A DNA stretch of 63,354 bases, filler included, from Octopus bimaculoides (GCF_001194135.2; 7 parts of 7 records of this genome joined end to end with filler, not necessarily neighbours in it); one strand, 5' to 3'. Numbered from the whole stretch's first letter, positions 1 to 12,019 are shown. Numbers and translations are program-made. The notes: generated from the sequence alone by a model not told the origin.

Positions 1-57
1 AGAGTAAAAGAGAATATAGTTTTAGGAAAAAGAAGCAAGTTTCATCAACTCATCGAT

Positions 58-425
58 GTGGCTGTGTGGTAAGTAGCTTGCTTCCCAACCAGACGGTTCC
101 AGGTTCAGTCCCACTGCGTGGCATCTTGGGCAAGTGTCTTCTACTATAGCCTCGGGCCGACCAAAACCTTGTGAGTGGATTTGGTAGACGGAAACTGAAA
201 GAAGCCCGTCGTATATATGTATGTGTGTGTTTGTCCCCCCCAACATCGCTTGACAACCGATGCTGGTGTGTTTATGTCCCCGTAACTTAGCGGTTCGGCA
301 AAACGGACCGATAGAATAAGTACTAGGCTTCTAAAGAATAAGTGCTGGGGTCGATTTGCTCGACTAAAGGTGGTGCTCCAGCATGGCCACATTCAAAAGA
401 CTGAAACAAGTAAAAGAGTAAAAGA
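58..425 (+). mobile_element. tRNA-derived SINE, family A (near full length)
   Basis: Head gtggctgtgtggtaagtagcttgct...ggttcagtccc (A/B-box-like), body ending gactgaaacaagtaaaagag. More than 10 related copies in the window. Confidence 0.85.
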
Positions 426-471
426 GAATATAGTTTTAGGAAAAAGAAGCAAGTTTCATCAACTCATCGAT

Positions 472-620
472 GTGGCTGTGTGGTAAGTAGCTTGCTTCCC
501 AACCAGACGGTTCCAGGTTCAGTCCCACTGTGTGGCACCTTGGGCAAGCGTCTTCTATCATAGCCTCAGGTTTCACCAGAGCCTTGTGAGGGGATTCGGA
601 AGATGGAAACTGAAAGAAGC
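472..620 (+). mobile_element. SINE family A head (second unit of a 414-bp tandem arrangement)
   Basis: Same head as 58-425, diverged after about position 530. Confidence 0.75.
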
Positions 621-837
621 CTACCCTCTATGCGTGCGTGTGTGTGTGTGTTTGTGTTTACGACTGTGTTTGCCAGTATGTATGTTTTGGTCGTGTTTGT
701 ATGTATGAGTGGTGGTCGTCGTCTTCCCCCTCCTCCTCCATTCCTCTCACACATATACACCAATGCACACACACACACACACACTTACTCACACACACAC
801 AGTCAGCTAACACATATTCTTTGTTCTCTTTGCATAG

Positions 838-912
838 ACCAAGACCGAAGCCGTCCGCAAATGGGAAGAAGACTACAAGTCGGAAGTAGAGGCTGACCTA
901 ATTGACCAACAG
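838..912 (+). CDS. Internal coding exon (75 bp, phase 0-0) of an IQ-motif coiled-coil protein gene, encoding TKTEAVRKWEEDYKSEVEADLIDQQ
   Basis: Pyrimidine tract plus acceptor (tattctttgttctctttgcatag|ACC) and donor CAG|gtgagg at 913. Open frame that joins in phase with exon 1906-2048. Not in the ORF track; found by reading the sequence. Confidence 0.8.
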
Positions 913-1538
913 GTGAGGCCACAGCCAGAACGCCACCCTCTTAGTGGTACCCCTATTTACGACTCTGTACACCCACCCCTCGTTGTAGGTGGGTGGGAAG
1001 GGTTTATAAACGACTGAGTCTTGGGGGCGGGGGGATATTCTGGATNNNNNNNNNNNNNNNNNNNNNNNNNNNNNNNNNNNNNNNNNNNNNNNNNNNNNNN
1101 NNNNNNNNNNNNNNNNNNNNNNNNNNNNNNNNNNNNNNNNNNNNNNNNNNNNNNNNNNNNNNNNNNNNNNNNNNNNNNNNNNNNNNNNNNNNNNNNNNNN
1201 NNNNNNNNNNNNNNNNNNNNNNNNNNNNNNNNNNNNNNNNNNNNNNNNNNNNNNNNNNNNNNNNNNNNNNNNNNNNNNNNNNNNNNNNNNNNNNNNNNNN
1301 NNNNNNNNNNNNNNNNNNNNNNNNNNNNNNNNNNNNNNNNNNNNNNNNNNNNNNNNNNNNNNNNNNNNNNNNNNNNNNNNNNNNNNNNNNNNNNNNNNNN
1401 NNNNNNNNNNNNNNNNNNNNNNNNNNNNNNNNNNNNNNNNNNNNNNNNNNNNNNNNNNNNNNNNNNNNNNNNNNNNNNNNNNNNNNNNNNNNNNNNNNNN
1501 NNNNNNNNNNNNNNNNNNNNNNNNNNNNNNNNNNNNNA

Positions 1539-1830
1539 GGTGGTACTGGCAACGGCCACGCTCAAAATGGTGTATTTTACGTGCCACCTGCACAGGAGCC
1601 AGTCCAGGGGCACTGGCAATGATCTCGCTTGAAAATCCTACGAGGGCCAGTCAGGCGGTACTGGCAACGGCCACGCTCGAAATGGTGTGTTTTACGTGCC
1701 ACCTGCACAGGAGCCAGTTCGGCGGCACTGGCGACGATCTCGCTCGAATGACTTTACACGTGCCATCTGGCACAAGTGCCAGGAAGGCGATGCTGGGCAC
1801 AGGTGCCATTGACGGTGAATGATATTTTGG
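1539..1830. repeat. Tandem ~60/120-bp subrepeat array of the same family as 63180-63354
   Basis: ggtactggcaacggccacgctc.aaatggtg..ttttacgtgccacctgcacaggagccagt recurs at about 1541 and 1657. Confidence 0.75.
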
Positions 1831-1905
1831 TCTGAGCAAGTCACCCACCTTGACCCTTGGCAATCCTTGTGATCTTTCTTTAACCGCTATCCTTGTCTTC
1901 TCAAG

Positions 1906-2048
1906 AAATTACTGGATGACCTCACGGCTCAACTGCTGGAGTGGAAACAACAGCTGGAAACATCGAAGCAGGAGCAGTTAGAAATGGCACAAACGAGGCA
2001 GCGCACCTCAGCAGCGACCAAGATACAAAGAGCCTATCGCAGATTTTG
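1906..2048 (+). CDS. Internal coding exon (143 bp, phase 0-2) carrying the first half of an IQ motif: KLLDDLTAQLLEWKQQLETSKQEQLEMAQTRQRTSAATKIQRAYRRF
   Basis: Acceptor ccttgtcttctcaag|AAA and donor TTTTG|gtaagt at 2049. Amphipathic coiled coil followed by AATKIQRAYRRF. The terminal TG is completed by the first base of exon 3178 to give TGT (Cys). Confidence 0.85.
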
Positions 2049-2091
2049 GTAAGTACCCTGTGCTTTTGATGTGTTTCAGGATGTTGACACC

Positions 2092-2541
2092 GTGTATCTA
2101 GGACTACATTGTCTAATGTATAGTATAGTAGTTAGTATTAGTGGCTATAGTTGTTGTTGTTTAACCCTAGGTCAGTTCTGATCCAGGCAGACCTATGATC
2201 ACAGCCGTCCTAGCTGTGACCATCTCATCTTTTATTCAGGCATAGTGTACCTAGGACTACATTATCTAATGTATAGTATAAGAGTTAGTATTAGAGGCTA
2301 TTGTTGTTCTTGTTTAACCCCAGGTAAGGCCTGATCCAGGCAGACCTATGATCAGAGACGTTCCACTTGTGACCATCCTGTCTTTTATTCAGGCATAGTG
2401 TATCTAGGACTACATTATCTCATGTATAGTATAGTAGTTAATATTAGAGGCTGTAGTTGTTTTTGTTTAACCCCAGGTAAAGCCTGATTCAGGCAAACTT
2501 ATGATCAGAGACGTTCCACCTGTGACCATCCCATCTTTTAG
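2092..2541. repeat. Intronic tandem repeat, 3 x 153 bp
   Basis: Units start gtgta(t/c)ctaggactacatt at 2092, 2245 and 2398. Confidence 0.9.
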
Positions 2542-2966
2542 ATCTGGGTAGAGGGCAATCAGGACTGATCTGGCGTGTTCACCCCTTAGCACTTCGCTTT
2601 ACAGATGACCCCTCAGACTCCAGCAGCCGTGGGCAATATATATTCAAATATTAGTTAAAAGCATCTTGAGGGATGTAAACAATATTGAACACACATACAC
2701 ACAGTATGTGTTTTGGTAGTTCGTGGCTAGGCTGCGCTTATAGGTGTAAGAGAAGGTATTCTTATCAGTGCATTAGGTGTTAAAGTGCCTGGAAGTCATC
2801 GACAAGCAAGATAACTTGTATTAGGTCCCATTCAGGAACGATGGACATTGATGTTTCATCACTATTGTGACTTATCAGTACCACATGCCCAAAACAAGGC
2901 CTGTTACAAGCTAGATCACTCTCTATGACTATATGCAATATGGTGTAAGATCCATCTCCTGGTTAT

Positions 2967-3129
2967 ACGATGGGCTTATTTCAGTTTTCAGCAACCAGAT
3001 CCACTCACAGGGTTTTAATCAGCCCCATGCTGTAGTAGGAGTCATTTGTCCAAGGTGCCACGCTCTGAGACTGAACCTGGAACCAAGTGGTTGGGAAGCA
3101 AGCTTCTTACCACATGGTCACGCCTCTCC
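2967..3129 (-). mobile_element. SINE family A head, ending about 50 bp upstream of the 3178 acceptor
   Basis: Reverse complement of the family A head (ccatgtggtaagaagcttgcttcccaacc...ctgaaataagccc). Confidence 0.75.
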
Positions 3130-3177
3130 ATGTGCTCTCTATTTCTGAAACACTCATTCTGTCGCGTTCTATTGCAG

Positions 3178-5938
3178 TGCTCGGTGCCAATATGTGAAGA
3201 CGGCGCAACAAGATGCACTGCGGCTGAGTCAGGCTATAGGCGAGAGGGATGTGGTCGGAGAAGTAGGTGGGAGTCCGGATGTAGGTGCTGTGTCAGCAGG
3301 ATTGGCTGTAGGGGGAGGAGACAGAGAGAGAGAGGAGGAGTTGGTGGTGGAGGAGAAGGAAAGAAAAGGAAGATTGAAGGTAGAGGGTGAGGGAGTGGGG
3401 CGAGAGGAAGGTATGAGAAAGTTGCAGAAGCAGGAGGTGGAGGAGGAGGAGGAAGATAAGGATGGGGAGAAGGAGAAGGATGTGAAGAAGTTGGGGAAAG
3501 AGGAGAATAATAAGAGGGAGTGGGAGGGAGAGGAAGGAAGAAGAAGGAAGTTGAAGGGGGAAGCGGTGAATAGGAAGAAGTTGGAGGTGGAGGGAGAGAG
3601 CATGATACTGAAGGAGGAGGATGAGGAGGAAGAGGATAAAAATAAGAGGAGATCAAGAGAGGGGAAGGTAGAGGAGAAGAAAAATTGGAGGTGTTTGAAG
3701 GATGAGAAGGAGGTGAAAGGCAGTAAGAAGTGGGAGGTTGTAGAAGGAGAAGTAGGAGGAAAGGGAGAAGAAGGAGAAAGTGTTAGTAGAAGTGGGAGGG
3801 GGAAGGAAGTGAAAGATTTTGTTTGGAAGGAAAGGAGAGAAAGCAGATCGACAGGAAAAGAAGGAAATTGTGGGACGAATGAGCGAAACTGGAAGAAAAA
3901 ATTGACAGAGAATGAAAGAGGGGAACTGAATGAAGGTTTGGGGAAGAAGTCACGAAAAATGAATAAGGATGGAATGAGAAAAGAGGAAGAGAAAGCAAAA
4001 TTGACCGAGTTTGAAGGAGAAAATAGGATGAAGGAGTCTGTTGTGAAAGAAAGTTTGACTGAGAATGAGAGGAGAGGATTGAATGAAGATTTAGGGAAGG
4101 AGTCAAGAAAAATGAATAAGGATGGAATGAGAAAAGAGGAAGAGAAAGCAAAATTGACTGAGTTTGAAGGAGAAAATAGGATGAAGGAGTCTGTTGTGAA
4201 AGAAAGTTTGACTGAGAATGAGAGGAGAGGATTGAATGAAGGTTTAGGGAAGAAGATGAAAGAAATGAATGAGGAAGTAGTGAGAAAGAAGGATGTGAAG
4301 GAGAGTTTGATAAAGTCTGAAGGAGGAAATGGGACGATGAAGGAAAAGGAGAAAGAAAATTTGAGTGAAAGAGATAGGAAAATGTTCGGAGAAGTTTCAG
4401 CAGAAGGAAATAGAAGAAAGAGTGAAGAAGGAATGAAGAAGGAGAGATTGACAGAGCGTGTGATGCAAAGCAGAGGGAAAGAGCAAGGTATGAATGAAAA
4501 TTTGAATGAAAAAGATGGGAAGGAAGGAGGGAGGAAAGAAAGAGAGCAAAAACGGTTGAAAGAAGAAGAGACAAAGAAACTGAAAGAGATTGAAGGAGAA
4601 AAGAAGATGAAGAAACAAGATGGAGAACTTTTGAATGAAAAAGATCAGAAAATATTACAAGATATTTCAGGAAGGAAAACTAGAAGAATGAGTGGGGAAG
4701 AAGGAATAAAGAGATTGACAGCAGAAGGGACAAAGGGAATGAAAGTAATTGAAGGAGAGAGCAAGATGAATGGGCAAGGTAGGAAAGAAAATTCAAATGA
4801 AAATGATAGTAAGAAGATAAGACTGGCTTTAGGGAGTGAAATTAAGGGAACGAGTGAAGAAGGGGATGAAAAAGGAGAAGGGGACAAGAGGCTGAAAGAG
4901 ACTGAAAGAAAAAGCAATGAGTTGAGTGGAAGTTTAGGGAATAAGTCAAGAAAAATGAGTAAAGAAGGATTGAGGAGAGAAGAGAACGAGAGATTGATAG
5001 AAGATGAAGGAGAAAAGAAGGAAAAGGTGCACGAAGGAAAAGAAAATTTGAATGAAAAAGATAGGAAAATGGTGGGAGGAGTTTCAGGGAAGGAAACTAG
5101 ANNNNNNNNNNNNNNNNNNNNNNNNNNNNNNNNNNNNNNNNNNNNNNNNNNNNNNNNNNNNNNNNNNNNNNNNNNNNNNNNNNNNNNNNNNNNNNNNNNN
5201 NNNNNNNNNNNNNNNNNNNNNNNNNNNNNNNNNNNNNNNNNNNNNNNNNNNNNNNNNNNTGCACGAAGGAAAAGAAAATTTGAATGAAAAAGATAGGAAA
5301 ATGGTGGGAGGTGATTCAAGGAAGGAAACTCGAAGAACGAGTGAGGAAGGAATGAGAAATGATGAAGGAAAAGGCAGGTTGATTGAGAGTGATATAGCAA
5401 GTAGGGGAAACAAGCTTGTTGGGAAAGAAAATTTGAATGAAAAAGATAGGAAAATGGTGGGAGGTGATTCGAGGAAGGAAACTAGAAGAACGAGTGAGGA
5501 AGGAACGAGAAAAGGGAAAGAGAAATTGATGGAAGAGGGGAAAAATATGGTGAATACAAAAGTTGAAGGAGGAAATGCGAGGACTGAAAGAAATCAGATG
5601 GAAAATTCACCTGAAACTATTAGGAATGAGTTAAAGAATGTGACGGGAATGAAGACAAGAAGAACGAGTGCTGATAGCATTAGAAATGAAGGTGAACGAA
5701 GGAGGTTGAAAGCAGATGATGAAGAAGTGATAAAAAGGAAAGAAAATGAAGGAAAAAGTGGGTTGAAAGAGAGTAACAGGGAAGGGAGTTTGATTGGTGA
5801 AGAGACGAACGAGTCGAAAGATGTTGGCAGAAAAACAAGGAGAACGAGCGGTGAAGGGGTCAGACTTGAGAAGAAACTTCCAGACAGGGAAGGAGACGAA
5901 ATGAAGGGTCCAACTTCTGGAGTTACAATGGATTGTGG
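3178..5938 (+). CDS. Giant coding exon (phase 2-2; N gap 5102-5259) completing the IQ motif (IQRAYRRF|CARCQY) and encoding about 900 aa of Glu/Lys/Arg-rich ~50-aa repeats. The three-exon product resembles the N-terminal part of LRRIQ1-type proteins (tentative).
   Basis: Acceptor gtcgcgttctattgcag|T at 3177/3178 and donor GG|gtaagt at 5939. ORFs 3194..5287 and 5052..5942 are one frame broken only by the mis-sized gap. The LRRIQ1 resemblance (WxExxK, coiled coil, AAxKIQxxYxxF, long E/K region) is from memory; no LRR exons were found in the window. Confidence 0.85.
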
Positions 5939-6095
5939 GTAAGTGGTGAATTAACTTTCTCTTCTTTTTAATTAGAAAAAAGGATAGATTTTTACTTAAT
6001 TAAAGGTACGATGGGAGACAGGGTTGGATTAAGGCCCATGGAAGCCCTAAGTACTTAAAAGATTTTCCTCCCCCCCATATACAGTATATTTAATA

Positions 6096-6265
6096 GGCGC
6101 AGGAGTGGCTGTGTGGTAAGTAGCTTGCTTACCAACCACATGGTTCTGGGTTCAGTCCCACTGCGTGGCACCTTGGGCAAGTGTCTTCTACTATAGCCTC
6201 GGGCCGACCAAAGCCTTGTGAGTGGATTTGGTAGACGGAAACTGAAAGAAGCCCATCGTATATAT
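6096..6265 (+). mobile_element. SINE family A head, young-looking copy
   Basis: ggcgcaggagtggctgtgtggtaagtagcttgcttaccaaccac...gaagcccatcg, running into a gap. Confidence 0.85.
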
Positions 6266-6309
6266 NNNNNNNNNNNNNNNNNNNNNNNNNNNNNNNNNNN
6301 NNNNNNNNN

Positions 6310-6321
6310 TTAATTAATTAA
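6310..6321. other. Artificial six-frame-stop linker TTAATTAATTAA in the centre of ~100-bp gaps (also 15448, 34029, 41436, 60472, 62180)
   Basis: Identical palindromic 12-mer centred in N runs at six sites; assembly artefact. Confidence 0.9.
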
Positions 6322-6454
6322 NNNNNNNNNNNNNNNNNNNNNNNNNNNNNNNNNNNNNNNNNNNNAGATATTATTATTATTATTATTGTTATTATTATTA
6401 GTATTATTATTATTCAGGTCACTGCCCGGAATTGAACTCGGAATCCTTCGATGT

Positions 6455-7745
6455 TGCGATGGAGGCATACGACAGCGCTGATATTTGCAACCTTACAGGG
6501 TTTTACATTCTGGACACCCTGGGTAATAAATTCCCCTCTGTCCACTTCGGCTTTGATGCCTTAACCATCTCCAGAGGCGCTCACGGCCATACTTTAGATA
6601 GGCTTCGAAAAGACATCATACTTTACCTTCAACAACCTTGGCCTTAAAATCACCATAGAGACTAACCTCACCGTGGTGAACTTGTTGGATGACACGCTTG
6701 ATCTAGACAGTGGCACCTACAGACCATACCGCAAACCGAATGATAGGTCATCATACATTAACACAGCCTCCTGCCACCCACCCATAGTGTACAAAAACCT
6801 AATAAAAGGTATCAGTAAACGGATTTCGATCTTATCTACAATGAGGCGCTCGCAGCCAGCGGGTTCAAGGACCATATAGTATATACACCAGGATCGAATA
6901 ACCATAAAAGGAAACGCCACCGCAAGACGTTATGGTTCGCTCCCCACTTCTCCCTAAACGTCCGGACATGCGTAGGTAAGGTTTTTCTTAGGTTGGTTGA
7001 TAAGCATTTCACGCGATCTCACAAATATAGAAAAATCTTTAACAGACATAATTTAAGGATCTCTTTCAGTTGTGTACCCAATGTTAAGAAAAGATTACTT
7101 AGCACCCCTAAACCACAGACAGAGGCAGGTTGTTAATGCAGGATTAGAAATGAATGCCCTGTGGACGGCCGATGTAACACCGAGGCTACAGTGTACCAAG
7201 CAAATGTAGCGTCAACAGAAGCAGCACAAATATCGGTAACATCAATGCCAACACAGGGACACACCAAAATTTATGTCGGATCTTGTGATCCAAATTTAAA
7301 ATTCGCCTGAACCACCTTAAATCTTCTTTCAGGGTCCCGGAGAGACGAAACACAACAACACTCGCAGCATACGTATGGCGCCTAAAGGACGATCTTTGTG
7401 GACCCTATCGCAACGGAACTAGACTTTGTAGATTGCGTATGGCAGAAAAATATATAATCCTTATGAACTTACATGAGCCAGGAGGCTACCTGAATATCAG
7501 GGTGGAAGCCGAGATGTCCACATTTTAGGATATTTTTACTTCAAAATTGGAAAACCTGGCTATCAAACGAAAGAAGACAACTAGCCCGGCCATATTTTTT
7601 AAAGAGGAATATTTCTTGAACTGTCACCGGTGTTCTTGTGTTTAAAAAACGAAAATTCTTTGCAGAGAACAGTTATTGTTTAAAGAAACTGAAGATATGT
7701 CTAGTTCACGCTAGATATGAAACCAATGATCTTTTAACTGTTACT
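6455..7745 (+). mobile_element. Penelope-like retroelement (PLE), 5'-truncated and decayed: RT C-terminal half, GIY-YIG endonuclease and 3' hammerhead
   Basis: Frameshifted peptides MEAYDSADICNLTGFYILDTLG, VNLLDDTLDLDSGTYRPYRKPNDRSSYINTASCHPP, and C*CRIRNECPVDGRC-TVYQA...IYVG...RLNHLKSSFR...TTLAAYVWRLK match PLE RT and GIY-YIG motifs. Confidence 0.85.
7668..7742 (+). ncRNA. Type I hammerhead ribozyme fold at the 3' end of a Penelope-like element
   Basis: Core CTGAAGA 7689-7695, extra T7696, 8-bp stem II (7697-7704/7711-7718, loop TTCACG), GAAA 7719-7722, short stem III CC-AAT-GA, and triplet ATC with the cut after 7731. Stem I is 7685-7688/7732-7735 plus AACAGTT/AACTGTT (7668-7674/7736-7742). 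One C-A mismatch in stem III. Confidence 0.6.
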
Positions 7746-8242
7746 TTACACATACAATATATGTGTGTGTGTGTGTGTGTGTGTGTTTATGTTTGTCGCC
7801 CACCACCACCTGACGACCAGTGTTGGCGTATTTACGTCCCCGTAACTTAGCGGTTCAGCAAAATACATCAATAGAATAAGTCCCAGGCTTAAGAAAAAAA
7901 GTACTGGAGTTGATTCATTTGACTAAAAACTCTTCAAAGCGGTGCCCCAGCATGGTCGCAACTTAATGACTGAAACAAGTAAAAGACAAAAAATAGGTTT
8001 GTTTCTCCAGAACTGGCCTCGGTTTGAACATGGAAAAAGTCGAACTACAAAACGACAATAACAGCAGTAAAAGAAACATGAGGTGTTAAAAATAAAGTAC
8101 ATAAATATAAAAGGGCTTTGTATATTCTCCTCCAGAAAGGGCAGATAGGATGGGTTGATGTTCATCTTATTTATCCTTCGAATACGAGTTAAAAAATGGG
8201 TAAGGAATTCTGAGAGAGAGAGAGGGAAAGGGNNNNNNNNNN

Positions 8243-8289
<47 letters not shown>

Positions 8290-9050
8290 CAAAAACTTAT
8301 CAGTGGACGTGTTAACAGGTTTGTTAGCAGTTTTTGGGAACAGACGAGTCGAAAGAGGAGTGACGTTAACGATAAAAAAAATTTTAAGGCGGGACACTTT
8401 GACGATAGATAGACATTAGACGTTTATTAGTAAGGCGTATAACAGACAGACACACAAACACACACACACACGTTCAGATGTTGTTGGATGACCGATACAG
8501 GGAAATTGAATATCCTTTTTTATCAGCCCTACAAACATCTTACCCTTTCTGCGTGTATTCTTTTAGGGAGCAGTGAAGTTTGACAATTAAATGCTTTTTT
8601 TTTTTTTTAAATATTGTTTNNNNNNNNNNCCCCCCCCCCCCAGCAAAATATTGATAAAAAAATAATGAATAAACAAAGTTCATTGACATCGTGTAATGGG
8701 ACATTTTTTTCTTTTCTTTTTCGTTCGTTACAATTTTGATTTGACCGAAATGTTTCTGATAGAATCACTTTTAACATCATCTTGCTTTTAACATCATCTT
8801 GCTTTTAACATCATCTTGCTCGTCATTTTTGAAAAAAAAGGGCGGAAAACAATTTTCATTCTTTGTATTTATGTATTTATATTCTATACATCTTCAGACA
8901 CAGGCACAGACACACACACACACACACACATCAATATTTCGCTAGGGCATAGCGAAAGTAACATCTTGGTGTAGAACTCAATACAGGTGGGGTTCAAAAC
9001 ACAGTGTTAGATAAATATAGAGTAGTAATAATAATAAAAATAGAGGCGCA

Positions 9051-9085
<35 letters not shown>

Positions 9086-9631
9086 NNNNNNNNNNNNNNN
9101 NNNNNNNNNNNNNNNNNNNNNNNNNNNNNNNNNNNNNNNNNNNNNNNNNNNNNNNNNNNNNNNNNNNNNNNNNNNNNNNNNNNNNNNNNNNNNNNNNNNN
9201 NNNNNNNNNNNNNNNNNNNNNNNNNNNNNNNNNNNNNNNNNNNNNNNNNNNNNNNNNNNNNNNNNNCGGGCGTTGTGAGTGTTTATTGAGCGAAAACACC
9301 TAAAGCCCCACGAGGCTCCGGCAGGGGATGGTGGCGAACCCTGCTGTACTCTTTCACCACAACTTTCTCTCACTCTTACTTCCTGTTTCTGTTGTGCCTG
9401 TATTTCAAAGGGTCAGCCTTGTCACACTGTATCACACTGTGTCACACTGAATCTCCCTGAGAACTACGTTAAGGGTAGACGTGTCTGTGGAGTGCTCAGC
9501 TACTTGCACGTTAATTTCACGAGCAGGCTGTTCTGTTGATCAGATCAACTGGAACCTTCGACGTCGTAAGCGACAGAGTGCCAACAACAACAACAACAAC
9601 ACTCTATCTATCTATCTATCTATCTAATATA

Positions 9632-10017
9632 TATTCTTTTATTTGTTTCAGTCATTTGACTGCGGCCATGCTGGAGCACCGCATTTAGTCGAACAAATCG
9701 ACCTCAGGACTTATTCTTTGTAAGCCTAGTACTTATTCTATCGGTGTATTTGGCCGAACCGCTACATTACGTGGACGTAAACACACTAGCATCGGTTGTC
9801 AAGTGATGGTGGGAGTACAAACACAGACACACACATACATATATATACACACGCGACGGGCTTCTTTTAGTTTCCGTCTACCAAATCCACTCACAAGGCT
9901 TTGGTCGGCTCGAGGCTATAATAGAAGAGACTTGTCCAAGGTGCCACGCAGTGGCACTGAACCCGGAACCATGTGGATGGGAAGCAAGCGTCTTACCACA
10001 CAACCACGCCTGCGCCC
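9632..10017 (-). mobile_element. SINE family A, full length
   Basis: Reverse complement of 58-425 with an internal CA/TA microsatellite. Confidence 0.85.
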
Positions 10018-10373
10018 TTATATATATATATATNNNNNNNNNNNNNNNNNNNNNNNNNNNNNNNNNNNNNNNNNNNNNNNNNNNNNNNNNNNNNNNNNNN
10101 NNNNNNNNNNNNNNNNNNNNNNNNNNNNNNNNNNNNNNNNNNNNNNNNNNNNNNNNNNNNNNNNNNNNNNNNNNNNNNNNNNNNNNNNNNNNNNNNNNNN
10201 NNNNNNNNNNNNNNNNNNNNNNNNNNNNNNNNNNNNNNNNNNNNNNNNNNNNNNNNNNNNNNNNNNNNNNNNNNNNNNNNNNNNNNNNNNNNNNNNNNNN
10301 NNNNNNNNNNNNNNNNNNNNNNNNNNNNNNNNNNNNNNNNNNNNNNNNNNNNNNNNNNNNNNNNNNNNNNNNN

Positions 10374-10414
<41 letters not shown>

Positions 10415-10489
10415 TTAGTCTCTCTTTTACTATTTTACTCGTTTCAGCCATAGGACTGTGGTCATGATGGAGCAACACCATGGTCTTTC

Positions 10490-11292
<803 letters not shown>

Positions 11293-12019
11293 CGGTACCA
11301 TCTCTTTTTTTCTTTCATGTATATATATGTAGATATATTGGGTGTCATCTCGTTTTTTCTTTTATGTCTACATGGGCCAATAGTTCATGTATCCGAATTA
11401 GAAGTAGACTCTGAAACATTAGAGGCAGAATCGTGAGCACGCCGACCAAAATGTTTAGCAATATTTCATCCACGTTTACGTTCCGAGGTCAAATTCTGTC
11501 GGATTCGACTTTGCTTTTAATCTTTTCGGGGTCGATAATTTGAGTACCACTTAAGCATTGCGGTCACTGTAATCGACTTACCCACTTCCCCCGAACTTGC
11601 TGACCTTGTGCTAAAATTTGGAATGAATATTTAAACGGTTGTTTGTTATGGTTTGTGTGAGTGACCGACCATTGGTTTCGCACCTATAACGCGCTCTCTT
11701 TGAGTCTGACGAGTTGTCTATACAGCTAAGCGATTTATAGGTGCGAAATCGATGGTTACTTTATGACCCGCCATAACAAACGACCTTCTAAGTATATATA
11801 TATATAAAACAAATAATAAATGAGTGTATGCATATATACGTACAGGTATGTGCATACCTACGTCTACCTGTATATATAGGTGCATATCTGGGTACAGGAC
11901 ATTGCAAACAAAACGTAGACAAGAAAATAATAATAACCAGAGTACAGAAAACACACAGGCCACATAGAGAACACTTTCCTTCATCAGCTACCCCCATTCT
12001 AACACAGGCGTTTCGAAGA

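Noticed and set aside
2092-2541. 153-bp tandem repeat as a CRISPR-like array, and its equal period to the 153-nt coding repeat in exon 3
   Set aside because: Whole units repeat with no unique spacers, and there are no cas genes. The intronic and coding repeats share no sequence, so the period match is treated as coincidence.
3229-5413. Long minus-strand ORFs rich in S/F/L/P opposite the giant exon
   Set aside because: Antisense shadows of purine-rich coding sequence.
6310-6321. Recurrent palindrome TTAATTAATTAA at six sites
   Set aside because: Always centred in ~100-bp N gaps and contains stops in all six frames, so it is an assembly linker.
8769-8819. 17-bp x3 perfect tandem ttttaacatcatcttgc
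   Set aside because: Ordinary slippage-type minisatellite with no associated structure.
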